Positions 28,734 to 36,955 of a stretch of 64,000 bases of DNA are shown piece after piece; position 1 is the first letter of the stretch, and the number at the start of each line of letters is the position of its first letter. The notes below the pieces were generated by a model. The model searched no databases. It worked only from the letters and a program-made list of their open reading frames with translations, and was not told the DNA's origin. The translations under genes and the position numbers were made by a program. The stretch lies in the sequence record KT919973.1; one strand, 5' to 3'.

Positions 28734-29248
28734 GTTTTTTGTTTCTTTGCTTTTCGTTTAGCTCGTCTAAGTTCTTTTCGTTTAGCGATTTTATCTGCTC
28801 TTCGAACTGCGTCGTAATCAGCAGCACAAGACGCAGCAAACGCATCAGGTTTGAACACGGGCTCTTGACCAACATATCCCAATATAGTACCTTTAGCTTC
28901 GTTATAGGCAACGTGAGATTTGTGTGTAGGGTCAGGGTTGATGTCAACGTGAACTTCAAAGCCTCTAGTACCGCACATTGGCTTAACCATTAGTGCAGTT
29001 TCACCCGCTTTGTATACTTCATTCATCAATCGACTTCTGATACCATCTTTACATGATAAGTATGCAGGTTCAGTCTCAACTGCTTTAAACACTTGAGCAC
29101 CTTTACTACCTTCAAGATGAATTATGATCACAGTCGCGTAACTAATCATGTCACTTTTACGCTTACTATCACACCCAACGTATATTGTGCTATTTGGATG
29201 ACTGTTATTGATAGCTGTTTCTATCGCTTCCCAATCGAACATTTTCAC
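28718..29248 (-). CDS. RNase H-like protein (YkuK/DUF458 family)
   Basis: IYVGCDS, RLMNEV, EVHVDIN, KPDAFAASCAAD. Confidence 0.85.
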   Translation of the reverse strand: MKMFDWEAIETAINNSHPNSTIYVGCDSKRKSDMISYATVIIIHLEGSKGAQVFKAVETEPAYLSCKDGIRSRLMNEVYKAGETALMVKPMCGTRGFEVHVDINPDPTHKSHVAYNEAKGTILGYVGQEPVFKPDAFAASCAADYDAVRRADKIAKRKELRRAKRKAKKQKTKGRK

Positions 29249-29255
29249 CTCTTAC

Positions 29256-29283
29256 AAAAAAGGGCAGCACAATGCCGCCCTTA
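29256..29283 (-). terminator. intrinsic terminator
   Basis: GGGCGGCA TTG TGCTGCCC T6 (minus). Confidence 0.8.
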
Positions 29284-29291
29284 TCACTTAT

Positions 29292-30728
29292 TTAAAAGCT
29301 GTAGCGTTCGACGCCTACAGTTTTCATCATGATCTTGACTGGCTCAAGCTCACCACCCAACAGTGAAGTCAAGATAGATGGGCTACAACCAGATACCAGT
29401 GCAGTACCCGCTTCGCCAGCTTTAACCGGAACGTTGCCAAGACGACCACGAATGTTCCAGAAGACCAGTTGTGGCATTTCATAACCAGCACGTGCGTACT
29501 TGGCTTTGATTGCATCGAAGTTCGCAGGTTCACCACGACCGTACCATCCACCACCAGTGTTTGCTTGATCGAATTCCATGTCACTCATGATAAGCAACTT
29601 GGTTGGCATATCTTCTTGTGAAAGATTTGCACGCTTCGCACGTTCTAACAGAACATCAAAGCACTTACCGATGTTCGTGCTCATGTCTTCGCCTGAACGA
29701 TTCATGTTATCAAGACGCTCTTTCAATGAAGAGCCGCGCAACTGGTGGAAGTGCGGGTCGCTTGAGAACGAAATGAACTGATCTTTGAAGATGCCTTCAT
29801 TGCGTTCAGCAACATAAATCCCAAGAGACATTGCAACTTGCTTACAAGTCACACCTGAACGGTCTGTACCTGCGTTAATTGGCGTGCTCATAGAGCCAGA
29901 CACGTCAACAACAGGGATGATGCGTTCATCAGAACCTTCCATGTAGTTTGGCAGAGCTTTCCATTGCTCGTTCGCTACAGACGCATTACCGTGACTAACG
30001 CTCTTAACGACATCGTATGGGAACAATGCGCCAGCGTTGATCTTCGCTTCACCTTTTTGAAGTGACTCGATGTAGTTTGTGTAACGTGTTGAAGCGTTAC
30101 GACCGAATGCTTGTTGATAACGAGCAGACGCTACAGAAGGCAACTTACCGAAGTCGATTGCATCCCATTTTTGCGCACACATCTTCTGCTCAACAGTGTC
30201 AGACAGAAGCGACAGAATCTTACGCCACTGCTTCGCAGTTACGCCAAGAGACTTGATTGTGCGCTTGAACACATGACCGTTTTTGCTGTTTTCACGTGGG
30301 AACCACTTCGCAGCAAGACCATTCTTGTCATTGACAATTGCGTTCGACCACATTGTAATCGCATCTTTTTCAAGACGTGTACCGAAAGCAGAAATCAAGT
30401 CATCGTAACGACCTAGTTCTGGAATTTTCGACATTACAGCACGAGCTACGTCAGGCTGTTCATTACAAAGTTTAGTGAATAGAGTACGGAAAGTACCACG
30501 TTCACCCGCACCACCGCGAACATCACGAGACCACAAAAGAATGCGTGTCGCTAGTTCTGGGTTTTCTGCAAACGCACGACCGAACAGAGTTTTAGACTGA
30601 TCGTTACCACGCATAGCAGCAATACCGAAGAACAAGTTTAGACACTCGTTACCTGAAGTGCTGTGAGTAACTGCACCGTTTGCTGTACGTGAATCGTTTG
30701 ATTGCATAGCTGACATAAATGCTGACAT
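29292..30728 (-). CDS. DUF2828 plus vWA protein (Ro60/TROVE-like RNA-binding protein)
   Basis: TANGA..H.TS, RDVRGGAGER, GRYDDL, AAKWFPRE, DVSGSMS MIDAS, SDMEFD, VFWN. Confidence 0.85.
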   Translation of the reverse strand: MSAFMSAMQSNDSRTANGAVTHSTSGNECLNLFFGIAAMRGNDQSKTLFGRAFAENPELATRILLWSRDVRGGAGERGTFRTLFTKLCNEQPDVARAVMSKIPELGRYDDLISAFGTRLEKDAITMWSNAIVNDKNGLAAKWFPRENSKNGHVFKRTIKSLGVTAKQWRKILSLLSDTVEQKMCAQKWDAIDFGKLPSVASARYQQAFGRNASTRYTNYIESLQKGEAKINAGALFPYDVVKSVSHGNASVANEQWKALPNYMEGSDERIIPVVDVSGSMSTPINAGTDRSGVTCKQVAMSLGIYVAERNEGIFKDQFISFSSDPHFHQLRGSSLKERLDNMNRSGEDMSTNIGKCFDVLLERAKRANLSQEDMPTKLLIMSDMEFDQANTGGGWYGRGEPANFDAIKAKYARAGYEMPQLVFWNIRGRLGNVPVKAGEAGTALVSGCSPSILTSLLGGELEPVKIMMKTVGVERYSF

Positions 30729-30763
30729 TGTTATTTCCTCATATTAAATTGCTGTAAAATGTC
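30724..30763 (-). promoter_or_regulatory. leader hairpin GACATT/AATGTC burying the ATG, with TACAGCAA motif in the loop
   Basis: minus strand GACATT TTACAGCAATTTAATATGAGGAAATAAC AATGTC; the ATG lies in the 3-prime arm. Confidence 0.7.
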
Positions 30764-30774
30764 GTTGATGTGAT

Positions 30775-30803
30775 GATTATACACGGATTATAACCCGTGT
30801 AAA
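30775..30803 (-). promoter_or_regulatory. T4-early-like promoter with palindromic spacer
   Basis: GTTTACA-CGGGTTATAATCCGTG-TATAAT; inverted repeat TACACGG/CCGTGTA at 30780-30801. Confidence 0.75.
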
Positions 30804-30816
30804 CAATTATTTTCAA

Positions 30817-31137
30817 TTATTTGTAATCGTGATGCCGAGTAATGTTCGTACCATTTTTGAATACTTCAACTGCCACATAACCACCAGTTTCATAGCAAGT
30901 GCGTAAATTTCGATATCCGTACTCTTCAAAGAACGCACGAATAAAACTAGAACCTTTCTTATCACAATCACTAATATGAATTGGTACTTTGATTTTAATC
31001 GGGAAAAAAGCCCCGTTTTCAATTGCATGAGTGAATTCTTTTTCACATTCAGCATTATAGTGTTCGCTAAGAACTTTACGAGCTACCTGCTCTCGTTCAT
31101 TAATTTGCTTTGAAAGTTCATCATGACTAAGCATCAT
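30817..31137 (-). CDS. hypothetical protein (paralogue of the next ORF)
   Basis: shares FPI.I.V...CD....I....G(Y/F).N with 31137-31469. Confidence 0.75.
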   Translation of the reverse strand: MMLSHDELSKQINEREQVARKVLSEHYNAECEKEFTHAIENGAFFPIKIKVPIHISDCDKKGSSFIRAFFEEYGYRNLRTCYETGGYVAVEVFKNGTNITRHHDYK

Positions 31138-31469
31138 TAAAACCCCGCTTGTTTATTTTCTCGAATTGTCAACTTCACAAACGAATATGAGTAGTCTCTC
31201 ATATCACGCGGGTCGCCAGAATAACGACCGAACTGCGCATCGAAATTGTGAAATCCCTCGCGTTTCATGACGCTTTTAATAAGAGTCATCATTTCATCAC
31301 AACACTCGTTATGCTCAAGATTCACTTGAATTGTAATCGGGAACTGAAATCCCGAAACACCACCGATCTTACGCTCAATTGATTTGCGCATTTCAACGAC
31401 GAACTGCTCTTCGCGTTTTGAACGATTCTGCTTGACTCGTTGAGTTAAAATATCATATAGATTGCTCAT
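31137..31469 (-). CDS. hypothetical protein
   Basis: 110-aa ORF, TAATG coupling. Confidence 0.75.
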   Translation of the reverse strand: MSNLYDILTQRVKQNRSKREEQFVVEMRKSIERKIGGVSGFQFPITIQVNLEHNECCDEMMTLIKSVMKREGFHNFDAQFGRYSGDPRDMRDYSYSFVKLTIRENKQAGF

Positions 31470-31834
31470 AGATATTCCTTAATATCTTTTGAAAAGTGAC
31501 GAATACATGAACTATCAAGACGTTTACGACCATCACCGTCAATATCAGGTAATGTGTACCCATCATTGAATGGCTGACCGCTTGATTTAGCGATTTCGTA
31601 TGCATCACTTCGATTGAAATATTCACCGCAGTAATTGATGAAACCTTGACCACGATCACCAAGCTCGTTACGATGCTCATATGTACAGCCAAGTTCTTTC
31701 AATAGCTTAAACACGCCTTGCATGTTTCGTCCGAAATGACAGCTATCTGCGACTACGATCTCTCGCTGCTCACCATTCGGCATAGTCACTCGAATCGCAT
31801 TAGCAGCACAAGAAATTACATTTACGTGCGACAT
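31466..31834 (-). CDS. conserved phage hypothetical protein
   Basis: H...QGFIN..GEYF.R.DAY.IAK.SGQ pattern common in phages. Confidence 0.75.
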   Translation of the reverse strand: MSHVNVISCAANAIRVTMPNGEQREIVVADSCHFGRNMQGVFKLLKELGCTYEHRNELGDRGQGFINYCGEYFNRSDAYEIAKSSGQPFNDGYTLPDIDGDGRKRLDSSCIRHFSKDIKEYL

Positions 31835-32184
31835 GTATCGTACCTCATAAAAATAGAACCAACACGTTTGTATTGATTAGAATACATTAACAGTTTTGTC
31901 ATTTTGTTGTGAGCAACAGGGTTGCTTGTTACAAGAACGACAGTTCGTGGGTAATTGCGTTGGTCGATGGCATGTGATAGAATATCATAACCCTCTCGAC
32001 CGACAGCATCACCTAAATCATTGTCCATGAAAAGTGTAATGTCAGTAAGATTCGTATACTTGACGAATTTCATGCCGTCGTCGAATGTACGAATCACACG
32101 CTTTTCATCGTCTAGAATATTTGGTTTAGTGAACTTATTAATGTCACGTAAGTCATCAATCATTACAAACATAGTATTTCTCAT
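31822..32184 (-). CDS. cyclic-phosphate-processing receiver domain protein
   Basis: MIDDLRD, LFMDNDLG, GYDIL, TSNPV receiver-like motifs. Confidence 0.8.
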   Translation of the reverse strand: MRNTMFVMIDDLRDINKFTKPNILDDEKRVIRTFDDGMKFVKYTNLTDITLFMDNDLGDAVGREGYDILSHAIDQRNYPRTVVLVTSNPVAHNKMTKLLMYSNQYKRVGSIFMRYDTCRT

Positions 32185-32222
32185 TAGTTATTAGTGCTAA
32201 ATACATCATACAGGTTTAATGA

Positions 32223-32606
32223 GTGGAAGTCAACATGAACGACGAAAAAATTATTTCTTTTGAAGAGTACCTAAATGAGGGATGGTTTGAAAGGCAATGG
32301 TCGCGATACAAAGCAGGTGCTGACTCGCGTAGTATTAAGAAACTAGCCAAGATGCACACTAAATTGTTGCATATCGAACAGAAAGCCAAGCAAAACAAAT
32401 ATCGATATGAAGCAGTGCGATATAATTACGAACACATCAAGATGAACGTGTTAGACGCGAAGAGGCTGATCAATAAGCTACGCTATAAGAAAGGTATTAG
32501 TGATGAACTAAGAATGGCAATGGACAAGTTAGATGTCGAGCTAGATAGGCTGAATGATTTTGCAGTTGAAGGTTTACATGAGCTAATGATTCAACATAAG
32601 CTATAA
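32223..32606 (+). CDS. putative late/internal head protein
   Basis: CTAAATA at 32197-32203; ISFEEYLNEG resembles a capsid-targeting sequence. Confidence 0.65.
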   Translation: MEVNMNDEKIISFEEYLNEGWFERQWSRYKAGADSRSIKKLAKMHTKLLHIEQKAKQNKYRYEAVRYNYEHIKMNVLDAKRLINKLRYKKGISDELRMAMDKLDVELDRLNDFAVEGLHELMIQHKL

Positions 32607-32610
32607 AAAT

Positions 32611-32636
32611 AAAAGCCCCAATTAAGGGGCTTTTTT
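32611..32636. terminator. bidirectional terminator
   Basis: reverse complement of the 1716/12790 terminator. Confidence 0.88.
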
Positions 32637-32637
32637 G

Positions 32638-32850
32638 TTAGTGTGAATGGCGTAACTTTTTTTCGATCATTCGATCTACAATCGTGGAGTACATAAGATG
32701 TTCTTTATAATATTTCTCATCAACTCGGTTACATTGAAAGTCTCGAAAATCTTTGCGCAGACGTGCAATAAATTTATTAAGCGTTTTGCGTACTTTGCAA
32801 ACTTCAGACAATTCCATGCTTTTTAGTGTTTCTTCAGAAAGTATTTCCAT
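32638..32850 (-). CDS. hypothetical protein
   Basis: 70-aa ORF with GAGG RBS. Confidence 0.75.
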   Translation of the reverse strand: MEILSEETLKSMELSEVCKVRKTLNKFIARLRKDFRDFQCNRVDEKYYKEHLMYSTIVDRMIEKKLRHSH

Positions 32851-32878
32851 GATTGCTCACCTCTTAGTTAATAGAATA

Positions 32879-32924
32879 CGGGAGACACAGGAATCGAACC
32901 TATTGCCTTGACCACATATCTCCC
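32879..32924 (-). ncRNA. anticodon-less mini-tRNA (acceptor stem, T arm and D-loop remnant)
   Basis: GGGAGAT/GTCTCCC 7 bp, ATAGG-TTCGATT-CCTGT T arm, linker ATGTGGTCAAGGCA. Confidence 0.6.
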
Positions 32925-32947
32925 ACTGAGAAGTTACGCCAATTGAA

Positions 32948-33181
32948 TTAATGCGCTATGCTTTGTAAACGGCGCATACGCTCACGCTGCGATAACTCAT
33001 CGAGATTGGGTTTATCAATCTCTTCGTCTTTCTCTGCGTCTTCAGTTTCTGCTTCCTTTTTAATCTTTTCAGCATTGGGACCAATGTTCTTCCAAAGAGG
33101 TGCATTGCGCCAATTTTCATTATACCCATTGCCAGAACCACGCCCTTCGCGAGCATGAGTCTTTTGATGAATGTTCTTCAT
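32948..33181 (-). CDS. hypothetical protein
   Basis: 77-aa ORF coupled to the upstream ORF. Confidence 0.7.
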   Translation of the reverse strand: MKNIHQKTHAREGRGSGNGYNENWRNAPLWKNIGPNAEKIKKEAETEDAEKDEEIDKPNLDELSQRERMRRLQSIAH

Positions 33182-33399
33182 TATTCGTTAGATTTCTTCG
33201 TTACTTGTGTTGCAAGACCTACCGCAGCAGCACTAGCGGCTACTTTAGCACCAGTTTTAGCAGCTTTACCTGCTTTCTTAGCACCTGACTTCACACGATC
33301 TTTAACAGAACGCTTCTTTTTCTTTTTGTCTTCAGGTTGCTGTTCTTGTAGTTCAGACATGAACTTGTCGAATGTTTTATCACTCATGGCTATCTCCAA
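33181..33399 (-). CDS. small basic K/A-rich protein
   Basis: TFDKFMSE capsid-targeting-like N-terminus; real start may be ATG at 33387. Confidence 0.7.
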   Translation of the reverse strand: MEIAMSDKTFDKFMSELQEQQPEDKKKKKRSVKDRVKSGAKKAGKAAKTGAKVAASAAAVGLATQVTKKSNE

Positions 33400-33419
33400 T
33401 TGTTTGAGTTCAACTGTAT

Positions 33420-33800
33420 TTAGAATAACCTAGAGTAAGCTATAGTCAACCCGATTTCTTTATCGAATACACATTGGTCATTTCCGTAAAGAACATCATC
33501 TAAACCGAATCGCTTACGTCGTCTATTACCCATGCTCATATAACGCGATAGAGCGTCTTGTGAGACGAATTCAAGTCTTTCACACATAGTATGCGGGTCA
33601 TCGGCTTGAGAACGGTCTACGACGGTTCTGTAAAGAAATAGACCATGAATCACGAAGGCTGTTAGCTTATTCGTAATCTTAACGCTGTTATTGTTCAAAT
33701 GCTCATACTGACTCATTTGAAAGAATACATCAGCATCAGGCTTTTGTGCGACACGTTTCATCTTGTAAATTGAAACTCGTTTTCTGTTTTTGTACATCAC
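33420..33800 (-). CDS. hypothetical protein
   Basis: 126-aa ORF with GGAG RBS. Confidence 0.7.
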   Translation of the reverse strand: MMYKNRKRVSIYKMKRVAQKPDADVFFQMSQYEHLNNNSVKITNKLTAFVIHGLFLYRTVVDRSQADDPHTMCERLEFVSQDALSRYMSMGNRRRKRFGLDDVLYGNDQCVFDKEIGLTIAYSRLF

Positions 33801-33868
33801 ATTGCTCCTATGTCATACGTTCACTCTATGATAATAAATAACAGAAGTAAACATAAAAGAGGTGTAAC

Positions 33869-34207
33869 ATGGCTTTCACTAAAGTTAACCTCCCTGAGAA
33901 GCGAAGTCGAAGAAGCATTTATATACCAGCAGGTCAGTATTATGCAGATCTAGACATGACTCACCCACAACAACGAGACGGGAACTATTTTTCAGTACTC
34001 GCGACATACGGTGACGTTCAAATTGCGTTTGGCGGGAGATGGTATGAAAAAACAAGACCAGAAGACCCAGAAGACCCGTTGCCGTTGTTTCCCGAAGATT
34101 TCATATTAGTTGCCAACAACGGACACTATGAGGCGCAAGGCAATCTATTCAACACTAACACTAGAATTTGGTTCAGTTCAATTTCTGGTTGCACATTAGT
34201 ATATTAA
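33869..34207 (+). CDS. hypothetical late protein
   Basis: ATAAATA at 33834-33840; GAGG RBS. Confidence 0.75.
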   Translation: MAFTKVNLPEKRSRRSIYIPAGQYYADLDMTHPQQRDGNYFSVLATYGDVQIAFGGRWYEKTRPEDPEDPLPLFPEDFILVANNGHYEAQGNLFNTNTRIWFSSISGCTLVY

Positions 34208-34216
34208 GGAAATATC

Positions 34217-35932
34217 ATGAGTTCGATTAATTTACCCGGCGGTGGGCAATCACTACCACAATATATCGAAGAAGCCCCTGTAAACGGATTACTATACGGG
34301 CGAAAGGATGAAGAATGGGAAATAATCCCAGAGGATTCATTAACCCCATTCCCACTTGGGATTACGCCAAATTCATTTGACGCAGGTACAGGAGACAGAG
34401 ACGCAGCAATAGCTCTAAGAGACGCTCATGCGTCATCAAACCCATCATGGGTTGCTTACTACGTCAATAACCCTACATCATCAATTGACCTCGTATATGA
34501 AGACGTTTCGCTCGGAGGTACAGTAGCAGAAAGACAAACATACACAGGAACGCAGTGGATTTCGCAGAGAATTGTCGAGGGAATACCGGGCCCAGTTGGC
34601 CCATCAGGCGAAGGTTCTATACCACCATTTGCGTCAATTGCAGAAAGAGACTTGTTCTTTTCTACTTCGGGGAATAAGTCGCTATTGAAAAATGGGCTAC
34701 CTGTATTCGTACAAGAGTTCGCAGGTCGTGCAAGCTCATACTATTGGCGCGGCGCAACCGACCCTGTAGCATATGACCCAAACAAATTCTCGTTAGCGGC
34801 TGTACAGTCGGGAAGCGGTGACTTATATCTTGCAAATGCACACAAGATATCATCATCAGGTCAAAACATCTCAGTCACAAATATAATTGACAATATAAGC
34901 TTTCATTCATTATGGCAAACGTATGACGAGGGCAACACTGGTACAGTTAGAGTTCGCTCAGGGGAAGTGGTTACTGAATATTCTGACAAATCAGGGCAAC
35001 TAACCAACCCACGATGGGAACTCGCGCAGATGGCAAACAATCGCACGCTATACTCAGTCATGGTTGATTTTGTCAATGCATACGATGAAATTGATGTTGT
35101 CGTTTATAAAAACACAGATGAATATTACCAAACTAAAATATTCGATATTACACCGGGCGAAGTTGATGTATTAATCGAACCACCGTTTGACATTCGTTCA
35201 ATGGACGTGCTTGAGCTTGAGTTGCGCAACCCGAACTTAGATGTTGTAGTATGGGGTAACTTATCAACAGGAATCCCATGGAATAAACCAACAACACGTG
35301 ATTTTACCGATGAGACTGTTGTGATTCAACCTGATTTAGATGCAGTCGAAACAAGAGTAAGTGACATCGAAGCAAACGCGATTGTCACCGGGGATAATGT
35401 TTCTGAACTGACAAATGACGCGGGATATATTAGCGACAAAGACATCATTTTCCAGAAGAGCAATAATACTGGAACTAACGTGTTAACGCTAAACGGGACA
35501 GGTGAGGAGGGTACTATCCCACTATCGCAAACCGATGAAAATGGTGTGTTATTCGAATACTCGTCAACTACTGATAATTTCAGACCACTTGAAGATAAAC
35601 CAATGCACATTAAACTTAGAATAAGTATTGATCGTTCTGGCGGAGGGTCAAACCCCGAGATCATAACGTGGGTTGAATCATCAGCGACGGACACAACAGT
35701 TCCTAATGCATTTACACAAGAAACATCAGCATTTCGAATGGATGACCTGCAAACAGACCGTACATTATTTTTAATCGATACGATTTTAAATATGGACTCA
35801 AGTCGTTATTATCGCATAAGACTTCGTAATTTAAACGGCGACGATTTTGATGTTGATACATTCGGCCCGTTTACAACAAGTTCGGGTAATGATATTTTTG
35901 CACCCGCAGTTGAGTTTATGCTTAGTCGATAA
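34217..35932 (+). CDS. putative trimeric virion fibre/decoration protein with N-terminal foldon-like motif
   Basis: QYIEEAPVNGLLYGRKDEEW vs fibritin foldon [20 protein letters not shown]; short GxP collagen-like stretch. Confidence 0.65.
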   Translation: MSSINLPGGGQSLPQYIEEAPVNGLLYGRKDEEWEIIPEDSLTPFPLGITPNSFDAGTGDRDAAIALRDAHASSNPSWVAYYVNNPTSSIDLVYEDVSLGGTVAERQTYTGTQWISQRIVEGIPGPVGPSGEGSIPPFASIAERDLFFSTSGNKSLLKNGLPVFVQEFAGRASSYYWRGATDPVAYDPNKFSLAAVQSGSGDLYLANAHKISSSGQNISVTNIIDNISFHSLWQTYDEGNTGTVRVRSGEVVTEYSDKSGQLTNPRWELAQMANNRTLYSVMVDFVNAYDEIDVVVYKNTDEYYQTKIFDITPGEVDVLIEPPFDIRSMDVLELELRNPNLDVVVWGNLSTGIPWNKPTTRDFTDETVVIQPDLDAVETRVSDIEANAIVTGDNVSELTNDAGYISDKDIIFQKSNNTGTNVLTLNGTGEEGTIPLSQTDENGVLFEYSSTTDNFRPLEDKPMHIKLRISIDRSGGGSNPEIITWVESSATDTTVPNAFTQETSAFRMDDLQTDRTLFLIDTILNMDSSRYYRIRLRNLNGDDFDVDTFGPFTTSSGNDIFAPAVEFMLSR

Positions 35933-35955
35933 AAGAGCCGAAAGGCTCTTTTTTT
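35931..35955. terminator. bidirectional terminator
   Basis: AAAAGAGCC GAAA GGCTCTTTTTTT. Confidence 0.88.
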
Positions 35956-35968
35956 ATTTTGAAGAAAC

Positions 35969-35992
35969 AAAAAACCTGCTCAAGGCAGGTTC
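35969..35992 (-). terminator. terminator closing the tRNA/ncRNA cluster
   Basis: AACCTGC CTTGA GCAGGTT T-tract (minus). Confidence 0.85.
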
Positions 35993-35998
35993 TAATGT

Positions 35999-36258
35999 GC
36001 AATACACAGACATTCGAGAAATGTTTTATCGTCTTTCCTTAAATCTCAATTGACTATAACGATGTTTCTCATCGGAAAAATACTCATGATTCGGCATGAG
36101 TCCTATTTCGTTTGACAGTACGAACACCGTCTTAATGGTCATTTCCTACCATGAGAATGCGACAGGCTCACGTCATCACTGAGAAAGCAGCTAGTGCGCC
36201 TCATTACTATTAAAGTTTGCTTTGATTTTGTAATGATTGCTGTACAATGTCTTATTGC
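35999..36258 (-). ncRNA. about 260-nt multi-hairpin RNA with GACATT-GTACAGCAAT motif
   Basis: closing stems GCAATA/TATTGC and GACATT/AATGTC; at least six internal hairpins; no ORF. Confidence 0.7.
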
Positions 36259-36263
36259 GAATT

Positions 36264-36352
36264 TGGCGGAAGCACTGGGAATCGAACCCAGAGAACGCTA
36301 TTAACGTCCGACACCTTAGCAGGGTGCTGTCATACCTTTAGACCATGCTTCC
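36264..36352 (-). tRNA. tRNA-Ser(GCT)
   Basis: cloverleaf, long variable arm, encoded CCA. Confidence 0.95.
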
Positions 36353-36391
36353 AACGTCTCATCAATTAATGGCATGCTGCTCTCATGCTCA

Positions 36392-36424
36392 GACACATAT
36401 TTGCTCTTATTGCTGACGTGTGCC
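36392..36424 (-). ncRNA. small hairpin with TCAGCAAT motif in the loop
   Basis: GGCACA/TGTGTC stem. Confidence 0.45.
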
Positions 36425-36511
36425 ACGCGCTTCGCAGATCCACTTTAGATAATTTAAAGACCTAGCGGGACTCTTAGCAGGTCTATTCACTCTCTTTCGA
36501 TTCGCGTTGCT
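36422..36511 (-). ncRNA. about 90-nt structured spacer RNA
   Basis: ACGCG/CGCGT closing stem, AGACCT/AGGTCT and CTTTA/TAAAG hairpins. Confidence 0.45.
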
Positions 36512-36520
36512 AAGTGAATT

Positions 36521-36597
36521 TGGTGCCCAACCCGAGATTCGAACTCGGAACTCCTAGTGTTTGAAACTAGTGCCTCTGCCAATTGGACTAGTTGGGC
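36521..36597 (-). tRNA. tRNA-Leu(CAA), short variable arm
   Basis: cloverleaf, CCA. Confidence 0.93.
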
Positions 36598-36608
36598 TTG
36601 AATAAACT

Positions 36609-36700
36609 GCCGCGACTCTTTAATCCCTAACACCTGTCAGCTTTCGCTCGGCTGAGACCGTTTTTCAACGGCGGTAGTCTAGCTTCGTATAGAACGCGGC
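36609..36700 (-). ncRNA. about 92-nt structured spacer RNA
   Basis: GCCGCG/CGCGGC closing stem; CCGTT-GAAA-AACGG and TCAGC/GCTGA hairpins. Confidence 0.5.
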
Positions 36701-36713
36701 TTATGCTAGAATT

Positions 36714-36790
36714 TGGTACGCACGGGCGGATTCGAACCGCCATCCCTGAGATTTTAAGCCTCATGCCTCTGCCAATTGGACCACGTGCGC
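36714..36790 (-). tRNA. tRNA-Leu(TAA), short variable arm
   Basis: cloverleaf, CCA. Confidence 0.93.
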
Positions 36791-36792
36791 AT

Positions 36793-36866
36793 TGGAGCTC
36801 GAACAGGGAATCGAACCCTGACCTGCGGATTTGCAATCCGTCATACTTCCATTATACGATTCGAGC
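36793..36866 (-). tRNA. tRNA-Cys(GCA)
   Basis: cloverleaf, U73, CCA. Confidence 0.94.
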
Positions 36867-36878
36867 ATAAATGTACTT

Positions 36879-36955
36879 TGGGGTGACAGACGGGGATCGA
36901 ACCCGCATCTTCCGGAATCACAACCCGGGGGTATTTCCACTTCACCCACTGCCAC
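36879..36955 (-). tRNA. tRNA-His(GTG)
   Basis: cloverleaf, C73, CCA; position -1 is T. Confidence 0.92.
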
